Positions 17,301 to 30,838 of a DNA stretch of 64,000 nucleotides are shown in pieces. The translations under genes and the position numbers were made by a program. The DNA comes from Eledone cirrhosa. Lineage: Eukaryota. The notes below the pieces were generated by a model. It was given only the letters and a program-made list of their open reading frames with translations, made no database searches and was not told where the DNA came from. Numbering within the stretch: the stretch's first letter is position 1; each line of letters starts with the position of its first letter. The DNA is taken from contig OZ024740.1 of assembly GCA_964016885.1 (NCBI GenBank), forward strand, positions 27,156,001-27,220,000, given 5' to 3'.

Positions 17301-20300
17301 ACACCATGGTAGGGTGGTGGATTGGTAGTATAGGTAGAGGGTCTGACACCATGGTAGGGTGGTGGATTGGTAGTATAGGTAGAGGGTCTGACACCATTGT
17401 AGGGTGGTGGATTGGTAGTATAGGTAGAGGGTCTGACACCATGGTAGGGAGGTGGATTGGTAGTATAGGTAGAGGGTCTGACACCATGTTAGGGTGGTGG
17501 ACTGGTAGTATAGGTAGAGGGTCTGAAACCATGGTAGGGTGGTGGATTGGTAGTATAGGTAGAGGGTCTGATACCATGTAGGGGGGGGTGGATTGGTAGT
17601 ATAGGTAGAGGGTCTGATACCATGTAGGGGTGGTGGATTGGTAGTATAGGTAGAGGGTCTGACACCATGGTAGGGGTGGTGGATTGGTAGTATAGGTAGA
17701 GGGTCTGACACCATGTAGGGGTGGTGGACTGGTAGTATAGGTAGAGGGTCTGAAACCATGGTAGGGTGGTGGATTGGTAGTATAGGTAGAGGGTCTGATA
17801 CCATGTAGGGGTGGTGGATTGGTAGTATAGGTAGAGGGTCTGACACCATGTAGGGGTGGTGGATTGGTAGTATAGGTAGAGGGTCTGACACCATGTAGGG
17901 GTGGTGGATTGGTAGTATAGGTAGAGGGTCTGACACCATGGTAGGGTGGTGGATTGGTAGTATAGGTAGAGGGTCTGACACCATGTAGGGGTGGTGGATT
18001 GGTGGTATAGGTAGAGGGTCTGACACCATGTAGGGGTGGTGGATTGGTAGTATAGGTAGAGGGTCTGACACCATGTAGGGGTGGTGGATTGGTAGTATAG
18101 GTAGAGGGTCTGACACCATGGTAGGGTGGTGGATTGGTAGTATAGGTAGAGGGTCTGCCACCATGTAGGGGTGGTGGATTGGTAGTAGAGGTAGAGGGTC
18201 TGACACCATGTAGGGGTGGTGGATTGGTAGTATAGGTAGAGGGTCTGACACCATGTAGAGGTGGTGGATTGGTAGTATAGGTAGAGGGTCTGACACCATG
18301 TAGGGGTGGTGGATTGGTAGTATAGGTAGAGGGTCTGACACCATGTAGGGGTGGTGAATTGGTAGTATAGGTAGAGGGTCTGACACCATGTTAGGGTGGT
18401 GGATTGGTAGTATAGGTAGAGGGTCTGACACCATGTAGGGGTGGTGGATTGGTAGTATAAGTAGAGGGTCTGACACCATGTAGGTGTGGTGGATTGGTAG
18501 TATAGGTAGAGGGTCTGACACCATGTAGGGGTGGTGGATTGGTAGTATAAGTAGAGGGTCTGACACCATGTAGGGGTGGTGGATTGGTAGTATAGGTAGA
18601 GGGTCTGACACCATGTAGGGGTGGTGGATTGGTAGTATAGGTAGAGGGTCTGACACCATGTAGGGGTGGTGGATTGGTAGTATAGGTAGAGGGTCTGACA
18701 CCATGTAGGGTGGTGGATTGGTAGTATAGGTAGAGGGTCTGACACCATGTAGGGGTGGTGGATTGGTAGTATAGGTAGAGGGTCTGACACCATGTAGGGG
18801 TGGTGGATTGGTAGTATAGGTAGAGGGTCTGACACCATGTAGGGGTGGTGAATTGGTAGTATAGGTAGAGGGTCTGACACCATGTTAGGGTGGTGGATTG
18901 GTAGTATAGGTAGAGGGTCTGACACCATGTAGGGGTGGTGGATTGGTTGTATAAGTAGAGGGTCTGACATCATGTAGGGGTGGTGGATTGGTAGTATAGG
19001 TAGAGGGTCTGACACCATGTAGGGGTGGTGGATTGGTAGTATAGGTAGAGGGTCTGACACCATGTAGGGGTGGTGGATTGGTAGTATAGGTAGAGGGTCT
19101 GACACCATGTAGGGGTGGTGGATTGGTAGTATAGGTAGAGGGTCTGACACCATGTAGGGGTGGTGGATTGGTAGTATAGGTAGAGGGTCTGACACCATGT
19201 AGGGTGGTGGATTGGTAGTATAGGTAGAGGGTCTGACACCATGTAGGAGTGGTGGATTGGTAGTATAGGTAGAGGGTCTGACACCATGTAGGGGTGGTGG
19301 ATTGGTAGTATAGGTAGAGGGTCTGACACCATGTAGGGGTGGTGGATTGGTAGTATAGGTAGAGGGTCTGAAACCATGGTAGGGTGGTGGATTGGTAGTA
19401 TAGGTAGAGGGTCTGACACCATGGTAGGGTGGTGGATTGGTAGTATAGGTAGAGGGTCTGACACCATGTTAGGGTGGTGGATTGGTAGTATAGGTAGAGG
19501 GTCTGACACCATGTTAGGGTGGTAGATTGGTAGTATAGGTAGAGGGTCTGACACCATGGTAGGGTGGTGGATTGGTAGTATAGGTAGAGGGTCTGACACC
19601 ATGTTGGGGTGGTGGATTGGTAGTATAGGTAGAGGGTCTGACACCATGTTAGGGTGGTGGATTGGTAATATAGGTAGAGGGTCTGACACCATGGTAGGGT
19701 GGTGGATTGGTAGTATAGGTAGAGGGTCTGACACCATGGTAGGGTGGTGGATTGGTAGTATAGGTAGAGGGTCTGACACCATTGTAGGGTGGTGGATTGG
19801 TAGTATAGGTAGAGGGTCTGACACCATGGTAGGGAGGTGGATTGGTAGTATAGGTAGAGGGTCTGAAACCATGTTAGGGTGGTGGACTGGTAGTATAGGT
19901 AGAGGGTCTGAAACCATGGTAGGGTGGTGGATTGGTAGTATAGGTAGAGGGTCTGATACCATGTAGGGGGGGTGGATTGGTAGTATAGGTAGAGGGTCTG
20001 ATACCATGTAGGGGTGGTGGATTGGTAGTATAGGTAGAGGGTCTGACACCATGGTAGGGGTGGTGGATTGGTAGTATAGGTAGAGGGTCTGACACCATGT
20101 AGGGGTGGTGGACTGGTAGTATAGGTAGAGGGTCTGAAACCATGGTAGGGTGGTGGATTGGTAGTATAGGTAGAGGGTCTGATACCATGTAGGGGTGGTG
20201 GATTGGTAGTATAGGTAGAGGGTCTGACACCATGTAGGGGTGGTGGATTGGTAGTATAGGTAGAGGGTCTGACACCATGTAGGGGTGCTGGATTGGTAGT

Positions 20301-23300
20301 ATAGGTAGAGGGTCTGACACCATGGTAGGGTGGTGGATTGGTAGTATACGTAGAGGGTCTGACACCATGTAGGGGTGGTGGATTGGTGGTATAGGTAGAG
20401 GGTCTGACACCATGTAGGGGTGGTGGATTGGTAGTATAGGTAGAGGGTCTGACACCATGTAGGGGTGGTGGATTGCTAGTATAGGTAGAGGGTCTGACAC
20501 CATGGTAGGGTGGTGGATTGGTAGTATAGGTAGAGGGTCTGCCACCATGTAGGGGTGGTGGATTGGTAGTAGAGGTAGAGGGTCTGACACCATGTAGGGG
20601 TGGTGGATTGGTAGTATAGGTAGAGGGTCTGACACCATGTAGGGGTGGTGGATTGGTAGTATAGGTAGAGGGTCGGACACCATGTAGGGGTGGTGGATTG
20701 GTAGTATAGGTAGAGGGTCTGACACCATGTAGGGGTGGTGAATTGGTAGTATAGGTAGAGGGTCTGACACCATGTTAGGGTGGTGGATTGGTAGTATAGG
20801 TAGAGGGTCTGACACCATGTAGGGGTGGTGGATTGGTAGTATAAGTAGAGGGTCTGACACCATGTAGGGGTGGTGGATTGGTAGTATAGGTAGAGGGTCT
20901 GACACCATGTAGGGGTGGTGGATTGGTAGTATAGGTAGAGGGTCTGACACCATGTAGGGGTGGTGGATTGGTAGTATAGGTAGAGGGTCTGACACCATGT
21001 AGGGGTGGTGGATTGGTAGTATAGGTAGAGGGTCTGACACCATGTAGGGGTGGTGGATTGGTAGTATAGGTAGAGGGTCTGACACCATGTAGGGTGGTGG
21101 ATTGGTAGTATAGGTAGAGGGTCTGACACCATGTAGGGGTGGTGGATTGGTAGTATAGGTAGAGGGTCTGACACCATGTAGGGGTGGTGGATTGGTAGTA
21201 TAGGTAGAGGGTCTGACACCATGTAGGGGTGGTGGATTGGTAGTATAGGTAGAGGGTCTGAAACCATGGTAGGGTGGTGGATTGGTAGTATAGGTAGAGG
21301 GTCTGACACCATGGTAGGGTGGTGGATTGGTAGTATAGGTAGAGGGTCTGACACCATGTTAGGGTGGTGGATTGGTAGTATAGGTAGAGGGTCTGACACC
21401 ATGGTAGGGTGGTGGATTGGTAGTATAGGTAGAGGGTCTGACACCATATAGGGGTGGTGGATTGGTAGTATAGGTAGAGGGTCTGACACCATGTTAGGGT
21501 GGTAGATTGGTAGTATAGGTAGAGGGTCTGACACCATTGTAGGGTGGTGGATTGGTAGTATAGGTAGAGGGTCTGACACCATGTAGGGGTGGTGGATTGG
21601 TAGTATAGGTAGAGGGTCTGACACCATGTTAGGGTGGTGGATTGGTAATATAGGTAGAGGGTCTGACACCATGGTAGGGTGGTGGATTGGTAGTATAGGT
21701 AGAGGGTCTGACACCATGGTAGGGTGGTGGATTGGTAGTATAGGTAGAGGGTCTGACACCATTGTAGGGTGGTGGATTGGTAGTATAGGTAGAGGGTCTG
21801 ACACCATGGTAGGGAGGTGGATTGGTAGTATAGGTAGAGGGTCTGACACCATGTTAGGGTGGTGGACTGGTAGTATAGGTAGAGGGTCTGAAACCATGGT
21901 AGGGTGGTGGATTGGTAGTATAGGTAGAGGGTCTGATACCATGTAGGGGGGGTGGATTGGTAGTATAGGTAGAGGGTCTGATACCATGTAGGGGTGGTGG
22001 ATTGGTAGTATAGGTAGAGGGTCTGACACCATGGTAGGGAGGTGGATTGGTAATATTGGTAGAGGGTCTGACACCATGGTAGGGTGGTAGATTGGTAGTA
22101 TAGGTAGGGGTCTGACACCATGGTAGGGTGGTGGATAGGTAGTATAGGTAGGGGTCTGACACCATGGTAGGGTGGTGGATTGGTAGTATAGGTAGAGGGT
22201 CTGACACCATGGTAGGGTGGTGGATTGGTAGTATAGGTAGGGGTCTGACACCATGGTAGGGTGGTGGATAGGTAGTATAGGTAGGGGTCTGACACCATGG
22301 TAGGGTGGTGGATTGGTAGTATAGGTAGAGGGTCTGACACCATGGTAGGGTGGTGGATTGGTAGTATAGGTAGGGATCTGACACCATGGTAGGGTGGTGA
22401 ATTGGTAGTATAGGTAGAGGGTCTGACACCATGTTAGGGTGGTGGATTGGTAGTATAGGTAGAGGGTCTGACACCATGTAGGGGTGGTGGATTGGTAGTA
22501 TAAGTAGAGGGTCTGACACCATGTAGGGGTGGTGGATTGGTAGTATAGGTAGAGGGTCTGACACCATGTAGGGGTGGTGGATTGGTAGTATAGGTAGAGG
22601 GTCTGACACCATGTAGGGGTGGTGGATTGGTAGTATAGGTAGAGGGTCTGACACCATGTAGGGGTGGTGGATTGGTAGTATAGGTAGAGGGTCTGACACC
22701 ATGTAGGGGTGGTGGATTGGTAGTATAGGTAGAGGGTCTGACACCATGTAGGGTGGTGGATTGGTAGTATAGGTAGAGGGTCTGACACCATGTAGGGGTG
22801 GTGGATTGGTAGTATAGGTAGAGGGTCTGACACCATGTAGGGGTGGTGGATTGGTAGTATAGGTAGAGGGTCTGACACCATGTTAGGGTGGTGGATTGGT
22901 AGTATAGGTAGAGGGTCTGAAACCATGGTAGGGTGGTGGATTGGTAGTATAGGTAGAGGGTCTGACACCATGGTAGGGTGGTGGATTGGTAGTATAGGTA
23001 GAGGGTCTGACACCATGTTAGGGTGGTGGATTGGTAGTATAGGTAGAGGGTCTGACACCATGGTAGGGTGGTGGATTGGTAGTATAGGTAGAGGGTCTGA
23101 CACCATATAGGGGTGGTGGATTGGTAGTATAGGTAGAGGGTCTGACACCATGTTAGGGTGGTAGATTGGTAGTATAGGTAGAGGGTCTGACACCATTGTA
23201 GGGTGGTGGATTGGTAGTATAGGTAGAGGGTCTGACACCATGTAGGGGTGGTGGATTGGTAGTATAGGTAGAGGGTCTGACACCATGTTAGGGTGGTGGA

Positions 23301-24335
23301 TTGGTAATATAGGTAGAGGGTCTGACACCATGGTAGGGTAGTGGATTGGTAGTATAGGTAGAGGGTCTGACACCATGGTAGGGTGGTGGATTGGTAGTAT
23401 AGGTAGAGGGTCTGACACCATTGTAGGGTGGTGGATTGGTAGTATAGGTAGAGGGTCTGACACCATGGTAGGGAGGTGGATTGGTAGTATAGGTAGAGGG
23501 TCTGACACCATGTTAGGGTGGTGGACTGGTAGTATAGGTAGAGGGTCTGAAACCATGGTAGGGTGGTGGATTGGTAGTATAGGTAGAGGGTCTGATACCA
23601 TGTAGGGGGGGTGGATTGGTAGTATAGGTAGAGGGTCTGATACCATGTAGGGGTGGTGGATTGGTAGTATAGGTAGAGGGTCTGACACCATGGTAGGGAG
23701 GTGGATTGGTAATATTGGTAGAGGGTCTGACACCATGGTAGGGTGGTAGATTGGTAGTATAGGTAGGGGTCTGACACCATGGTAGGGTGGTGGATAGGTA
23801 GTATAGGTAGGGGTCTGACACCATGGTAGGGTGGTGGATTGGTAGTATAGGTAGAGGGTCTGACACCATGGTAGGGTGGTGGATTGGTAGTATAGGTAGG
23901 GGTCTGACACCATGGTAGGGTGGTGGATAGGTAGTATAGGTAGGGGTCTGACACCATGGTAGGGTGGTGGATTGGTAGTATAGGTAGAGGGTCTGACACC
24001 ATGGTAGGGTGGTGGATTGGTAGTATAGGTAGGGATCTGACACCATGGTAGGGTGGTGGATTGGTAGTATTGGTAGAGGGTCTGAAACCATGTTAGGGTG
24101 GTGGATTGGTAGTATAGGTAGAGGGTCTGACACCATGTTAGGGTGGTGGATTGGTAGTATAGGTAGAGGGTCTGACACCATGGTAGGGTGGTGGATTGGT
24201 AATATAGGTAGGGGTCTGACACCATGGTAGGGTGGTGGATTGGTAGTATAGGTAGAGGGTCTGACACCATGTTAGGGTGGTGGATTGGTAGTATTGGTAG
24301 AGGTCTGACACCATGTTAGGGTGGTGGATTGGTAG
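14346..24335. repeat. G-rich tandem satellite, 45-bp unit (accatgtaggggtggtggattggtagtataggtagagggtctgac), ~220 copies
   Basis: 45-nt periodicity with few variants (tgtagggg / tggtaggg / tgttaggg; some 44- and 46-nt units). This array produces the MVSDPLPILPIHHPY repeat ORFs. Confidence 0.97.
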
Positions 24336-24643
24336 TTGGTGGTGGTGGTGGTGATAGTGGTGAAGATGGTGGTAATGATTTTGATGATGAAGATGGTGGT
24401 GGTGGTGATGATGATGGTGTTGATCATGATGATGAAGATGGTGGTGTTGGTGGTAGTGGTGGTGGTGAAAGGCAGTGGTGGTGGTGATGACAACGATGAT
24501 AACGTTGATGATGTAGGAAATCAACACACTCCTTCTAATGCCGACATCGTCACAATCTTCTTCATCACAAAAACTAACATCAATATTTGCCATCAAATTA
24601 TAACACTTCCAGCATCTTGAATGATATGAACAACTGTAATAAC

Positions 24644-24760
24644 GAAGAAGAAGAAGAAGAAGAAGAAGAAGAAGAAGAAGAAGAAGAAGAAGAAGAAGAA
24701 GAAGAAGAAGAAGAAGAAGAAGAAGAAGAAGAAGAAGAAGAAGAAGAAGAAGAAGAAGAA
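24644..24760. repeat. Perfect (GAA)n microsatellite
   Basis: Direct inspection. Confidence 0.97.
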
Positions 24761-24867
24761 TGTCTTATTGACCCCGGGGTGTAAAACATTGAGGCCAATA
24801 CAAACAATCAAGGACAGTTGGTATTTACACAGGAAAAGAAAATCAGAAAGAAAAACTGGTAAGAATC

Positions 24868-25052
24868 TAATAATTGTTTCTACCTTTGGCACAAGGTTAG
24901 CAATAACCCAGTACATTACAGGTACTTTATTTTATCGACCCCGTAAGGATGAAAGGCAAAGTTAACCTCGACGGGATTTGAACTCAGACCGTAAAAGGAC
25001 GTAACTATGCTTAAAAGCATGGCGTCCAACCCTCTACCAATTCTGCCAATTC
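24868..25052 (-). mobile_element. tRNA-derived SINE of octopus type
   Basis: Minus strand has tggcagaattggtag (A-box-like), gagttcaaatccc (B-box) and the core gaggttaactttgcctttcatccttacggggtcgataaaataaagtacc. A second copy lies at 36300. Confidence 0.75.
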
Positions 25053-25387
25053 ACAGGAATAAATTACAACAGTTTACCTCAACAGAGAGTAATTTAGGAG
25101 CCCCATAGATGTGAGATCACCAAGATGGACAGCATAGTTAAGTGCAGACTATAGATTCAACTTCAGGTCCAAGTCACTCTTGCTACATTCACCGAGCTTT
25201 TATATATACTCGGTCCAGCACTTTCCTCTTCATGCTTCCATTGCTTTCTGCGTGGAGCTTAAACATGACGATGAGAACCTGAGTGAAAAGGAATCCGAGT
25301 TAATGACGCCCTGTAAAATATTGTTTCAAACGGTAGTTCCAGTCAGGAACAAGATGTTGAAACGGCAAGATATATATATATATTCTT

Positions 25388-26066
25388 AAGAATATAGTGT
25401 ACATAGGTGAGGCAGCTCGTAGTATAGGGGAACGGATAAATGAACACTGGCGAGAGCTTCAAGATAGTAAAGAATCATCTGTACTCTACCAACATGCTAA
25501 AATAGAACATAAGGGTAAATTAAAGAACAGAAATAAAAATAGAATCTACACAGAAAAGACGCAATGTTTAGACAAATCACAGAGCCAATAAACATAAATG
25601 AACTCCAACCAAAATTAAATAGAAAATATGAATGGAATAGCAACATCACAACTTACAATTAAGGACAAAATGAAAACACACACACACATAGAACAAACAA
25701 TCAACCAGTAACATGTAAATAAACAAATAAACAAACAAATATAAACACACACAGAGACCCGGATGTAACACATGCGGAAACTAAGCACACAACACACACA
25801 AAAACAAGATGGCATAGGACAGAACAAAGGAGAGGCACAAAAACAAAGAAAAGAATCCCCAGTCACTGAAGAGGTCACAGAATGTGTGACGAAAGAACTT
25901 TGACAATATATGAACAATCGTCTGGTTGTGGAACCAACCAAGCAACCGGAAATTTATAAATTTATAAATTCGTAAATTTATAAATTTAATTTATAATAAA
26001 TTGAAGTGAAATCTATTGGTGCGTGTGTTTCTTATTGGCAACATTACCCTCCCAAAGTATAACAAT
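25388..26066 (+). mobile_element. 5'-truncated Penelope-like element, family B (GIY-YIG end + pLTR)
   Basis: YIGEAARSIGERINEHW (ORF 25397-25591). High identity to 62155-62662. Ends ...ccaaagtataacaat in (TA)n. Confidence 0.9.
25862..25904 (+). ncRNA. Minimal type I hammerhead ribozyme in PLE-B pLTR
   Basis: gtca-CTGAAGA-g-gtcaca-gaatg-tgtgac-GAAA-gaac-TT-tgac. Confidence 0.8.
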
Positions 26067-26106
26067 ATATATACATATATTCGCTCTATATTGCTGAATA
26101 CAATAA

Positions 26107-26298
26107 ATGTAATCTGAGTTTTTCGAATATTAATGATAATATTCGATTCGTTTGCAATTATGCAAACAAGCCTATTTACATGCCAACGCAAGAGCAAGAG
26201 TGAAGACCTCATTCTACTGACATGGCTTCAAAAATGAGGTATGTTTGCATAATTGAAAACGAATCGAATATTATTATTAATATTCAAAAAGCTCAGAT

Positions 26299-26303
<5 letters not shown>
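26107..26303. repeat. Inverted repeat (~63-bp arms) between TA tracts
   Basis: atgtaatctgag...tgcaaaca at 26108-26168 versus tgtttgca...ctcagattacat at 26242-26303. Confidence 0.75.
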
Positions 26304-26359
<56 letters not shown>

Positions 26360-26377
<18 letters not shown>

Positions 26378-27412
26378 TTGAAGACTAAAATCCAAAGAGG
26401 GCTCGATGAGTATAAATATATATCAAATATATAAGAACCGTAGAGCAAATATTTATTAAAGTAACAGATTAAAGTTTAAGCAAAGAATCGCTGCTTTCAC
26501 CCTAAACGGGATCTTCTGAAACTAACAAAGTCAATCTGTAAACGCAGAAGTGGATATTTCAAAAAACGTTGCAACCGGAGGAAGACAGGAAGACGATACT
26601 TTGGTTCGTGGAAACGTTCCCTGGCAAAGAACGGGAAAAAACGAATATAATACGTCATTAATAGGAGCTGTGAAAAACAATTACGCGCAAAGACAGAACC
26701 ACGTTTATGGTATAAAAGAGGTCGTAGACTAATGTTCTCTTAGGTGGTTCATCGAGATGTTCTCTGGCAATGAACGAAAAAAAAAAAAAGTGTGCATACG
26801 CACACACTCATATTTATTTGTGCGTAGTTTTGTATACCTATGGTAAGTGTTTTCGCGTATGCTTGTGTATGTACGTATTTGTACGCGTGTATGTATTTAT
26901 TTAATTTCTATTACTTCTCTATTGTATTTATTTACTTTGTTCTTAACTCTGAAGCGGAGATTCATTCGGTCTCCTAGTTAGAATTTTAGTCTTACGATTT
27001 CTGCTATACCATTTACCTGGTTTTGTCTTTGCGTGCAATTGTTCTCTACGCTCCACATATGACGTATTAACTTCGTTTTTTTTTCGTTCATTGCCAACGA
27101 ACGTCTCTATGAACCACCTAAGAGAACATTAGTCTACGACCTCTTTTATACCATAAACGTGGTTATGTCTTTGCGCGTATTGTTTTTCACCGCTCCTATT
27201 AATGACGTATTATATTCGTTTTTTCGCGTTCTTTGCCAGGGAACGTTTCCACGAACCAAAGTAACGTCTTCCTGTCTTCCTCCGGTTGCAACGTTTTTTG
27301 AAATATCCACTTCTGCGTTTACAGATTGACTTTGTTAGTTTCAGAAGATCCCGTTAAGGGTGAAAGCACCGATTATTTGCTTTAACTTTAATCTGTTATT
27401 TTAATAAATATA
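26360..27412. mobile_element. Large fold-back element, family F4 (~335-bp inverted arms)
   Basis: 26449-26785 is the reverse complement of 27077-27412 with few mismatches. Both outer ends abut (TA)n/(TAA)n. Confidence 0.85.
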
Positions 27413-28664
27413 TATATATATATATATGGCTACTAGCATTGATGTTATTTAGTAGCAATCGAAATCTCCCCCTTCCCCAATTGACACTTTATAATTAATA
27501 CAACTGCACCAAATGACCAGCCCTGTCCACTGTCCAGTTGGTCAAGTAGAGATTAAAATTGGCACTCCCAAAATTCTTATTTAGATTTACTCATGGTATT
27601 CTCATTAGAAACCCATTATATACTTGTTTAGCAGTAAATTAATTTACCATCTGTCATATACTATCCCCTCTGTTCCTTCCTCTTTTACTAATATAAATAC
27701 TTCAATTTTTCTGATTTTATCCAATTTATCCAAAATCTCTAAAGAAGTGACAACTGATTATACATTTGCTATCGAATACTTGCTAACATTATATGATTAC
27801 GCAAGCAGCGATACATAGGTATTCGGTCTGTTACAGAAACATATGTCAATACCTAATAAATTCCTTTTTTAACAAAAGCACTTTCATTTTATATTCATCC
27901 TTTCTACATTTTCTCCGGAATATAATTTATACTCGTTGAGCAAACCTGCACGTACGCTGTTTTCCTACGGAAATAATTCATATATATATATATATAGTAT
28001 AACTGAACAAAACAAAGAAAACGAACACAGACATATACATGTGTGTGTTAAAATCGTAATGAACCAGAATCGCTAAGGCGAAAAAAATACTAACTACAGA
28101 CAATAGGCTTTGCCAGACTCAATTTAAGAATAAATCAAGAAAAATAAATACAAACCATAATTGTGGTAACCACCGAAAACCCGGACAGTTTTGATAGAAC
28201 TGTTTTGCAATAATATTTGTGAAAAGGAATACCAAAGTCCTAGCTCATCAGCGGGTGAAGAAATTACTATCTTCATCACTCCTAAATATAATAAATAACT
28301 GGATAGTGTGTGTATATGTAACGCACATGGTTCCCGAACTTAGCGTGTCTCGCACACTCACGCCACTAAAAATAGCAGCCGAGTTTACTCGATATTTGAA
28401 TTAGCACGACGAATTAACGGAGCCGAATATATCAAAGGCATGTATTGAGTTAGAAACTCAAAATAGTCTCATTACAGTAAATTAGCTCTAGGAAAGAGGT
28501 TTTTCCGAGCCGTATAGTATAACTGTGCAAAAAAAAAAGAAAAACGCTCAATGGACTAAAAGAAGGCCAGAGCAATTAACATAGGTTATAGAGGCCAGAC
28601 AAAATGAAAACAGTGGTCGTAAAGCCATCAGCCACCGGAGGCCAAAAAACGAAGCAAGCTAAAC

Positions 28665-28719
<55 letters not shown>

Positions 28720-28727
<8 letters not shown>

Positions 28728-29008
28728 TAAAAGGAATTCCAACTTTGTCTGATTTACTCGTTTTATTTACAATCCTTTAAAATTTATAATGGTATTAGAA
28801 TGTTCAACTGACAGTTGAAAATTGCAAACTTGACTGTCACCACACATTATGAACCTGAAGATTGCGAAAGCATGAAACTACTTGTTCAATTAACACTTAA
28901 CATTTAATATTCTACCATACTATTTCATTCTAATACCATTATAAATGTTAAAGGATTGTAAATAAAACGAGTAAATCAGACAAAGTTCGAATTCCTTTTA
29001 TTAATATA
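28720..29008. mobile_element. Fold-back element with ~80-bp arms enclosing a hammerhead (family F6)
   Basis: 28722-28802 versus 28926-29006 are inverted. Confidence 0.8.
28850..28888 (+). ncRNA. Minimal type I hammerhead ribozyme motif (F6)
   Basis: tgaac-CTGAAGA-ttgc-gaaa-gcat-GAAA-ctac-TT-gttca. Stem I is 5 bp and stem III has one mismatch. Confidence 0.7.
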
Positions 29009-29293
29009 ATCTTCTATACACAATCATACACACCCGTGTATATTTATCTCTCTCTCTCTCTATATATATATGCAAGTATGTATGTATGTATACGTACATA
29101 CATATATGTATACAGACGTACAGTAGTATGTATATATATACATACATGCACACATATATATATGCACGTATCGGTTTACCGAACATTTATTATAATGCTC
29201 GGTTTGTTTGTTTGTAAACAAACAAACAGCTCGAATTACGCCGTACAGTGTTTAGTCAACCACGTCACCTTTTTGTTTAACACTGACACAGGA

Positions 29294-29336
29294 ACGATGT
29301 ACTAGTTTCAAGCTTATTAGCTATCGTCAGTATCGT
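29294..29336 (-). ncRNA. Type I hammerhead motif (F7, left arm)
   Basis: acgata-CTGACGA-tagctaataagctt-GAAA-ctag-TA-catcgt, with one stem I mismatch. Confidence 0.7.
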
Positions 29337-29547
29337 ATACTTTCCTGCCAGATGGTTGAACGTCTGAAAATATATACTATCCTTATGCATATTAACGGTA
29401 TATTAACGTTTCATTCTATTCCATTTATCGTTTTCGGTGTGCTCGGCCGACTGAACTCACTCGATATACAAATTAGGCTGCTCAGCCGTTAATATGCATA
29501 AGGAAAGTATATACCTTCAGACGTTCAACCATCTGGCAGGAAGGTAT

Positions 29548-29590
29548 ACGATGCTGACGATAGCTAATAAGCTTGAAACTAGTACATCGT
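29548..29590 (+). ncRNA. Type I hammerhead motif (F7, right arm)
   Basis: acgatg-CTGACGA-t-agct-aata-agct-t-GAAA-ctag-TA-catcgt. Perfect 6-bp stem I, palindromic stem III ACTAGT, GUA site. Confidence 0.85.
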
Positions 29591-29867
29591 TCATGTGTCA
29601 GTGTTGAACAAAAAGGTGACGTGGTTGCCTAAACACTGTACGGCGTAATTCAGGCTGTTTGTTTATTTACAAACAAACAAACCGAGCATTATAATAAATG
29701 TTCGGTAAACCGATACGTGCGTATATATATATATGTGTGCATGTATATATATATATACATATAACTGTACGTCTGTATACATATATGTATGTACGTATAC
29801 ATACATACATACTTGCATTAAAGTAAGTGCCAAACTAAGAGTGAGAAATGAAATTTCGTTTCATTCT

Positions 29868-29924
<57 letters not shown>

Positions 29925-30081
29925 GTCAATACTCATCTTTTTCCATTTATCTTAGGGTTCTTAACCCCACTATCAGGATAAATAATATCTTTAATTTCTT
30001 TAGTCAAAATACGGCGATAGATTACATTTCTAATAATTTCAAACCCTCTCGCTGTTTCAAAAATATTCTTAATATATATAT

Positions 30082-30208
<127 letters not shown>

Positions 30209-30357
30209 GATAAATCTACCAAAATATAAGCAAGAAAGTGTTGGTAAAATCCAGTACTTCAGTATGCGGATAGGGACCACTCAATGAAGATATAAGTTCC
30301 GGAGTTATAATAGTGACGAAGCATAAGTCATTTGCATGAACTAATAATCCTTTATTT

Positions 30358-30413
30358 ACTGCTATATATATTTCTATGATAGCCATTGAATGACTATGAC
30401 CTCATCAGGCAGT
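30358..30413 (-). ncRNA. Type I hammerhead motif (F8, left arm)
   Basis: actgc-CTGATGA-ggtcatagtcatt-c-aatggctatcata-GAAA-tatata-TA-gcagt (C11.1 changed to A). Confidence 0.65.
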
Positions 30414-30782
30414 AAGTCAGTTCTTAGATATGCCAAATCTGTGTTTATAGTATTGATGGTATCAGAGCCTTGGGACATAGGAGCTTGTTAGGAATAAATT
30501 AATGTTGTCAGCAGGAATAGTCTTGATTCTCATTGGTCAGTTTGTAGGTGCTAGTAGGATTGGTATTTGATCTCAAAGAGGCAGGTGGTGTTGTAAACTT
30601 TACAAAACCACCTGCCTCTTTGAGATCAAATACCAATCCTACTAGCACCTACAAACTGACCAATGAGAATTATGACTATTCCTGCTGACAACATTAATTT
30701 ATTCCTAACAAGCTCATATGTCCCAAGGCTCTGATACCATCAATACTATAAACACAGAGCTGGCATATCTAAGAACTGACTG

Positions 30783-30838
30783 ACTGCCTGATGAGGTCAT
30801 AGTCATTCAATGGCTATCATCGAAATATATATAGCAGT
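30783..30838 (+). ncRNA. Type I hammerhead motif (F8, right arm)
   Basis: actgc-CTGATGA-g..atagtcatt-c-aatggctat..c-GAAA-tatata-TA-gcagt, AUA site. Confidence 0.8.

Larger units (their letters stand above)
29071..29817. mobile_element. Fold-back element, ~330-bp inverted arms, each with a hammerhead (family F7)
   Basis: 29071-29398 is the reverse complement of 29486-29817, with an ~87-bp spacer. Confidence 0.88.

Noticed and set aside
14326-24270. Very long ORFs (up to 1264 aa) of MVSDPLPILPIHHPY / WCQTLYLYYQSTTPT repeats
   Set aside because: Translations of the 45-bp satellite. The frame switches freely at 44- and 46-nt units, so there is no sign of coding constraint.
27720-27900. Repeat shared with 7283-7470 (inverted) showing aggtatt...GAAA-catatg-TC-aatacct
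   Set aside because: It resembles the 3' half of an HHR, but the CUGANGA box is absent at the required position in both copies, so it was not counted.
28161-28260. Minus-strand CTGATGA at 28245-28251
   Set aside because: No properly placed GAAA/UH or stem I partner was found.
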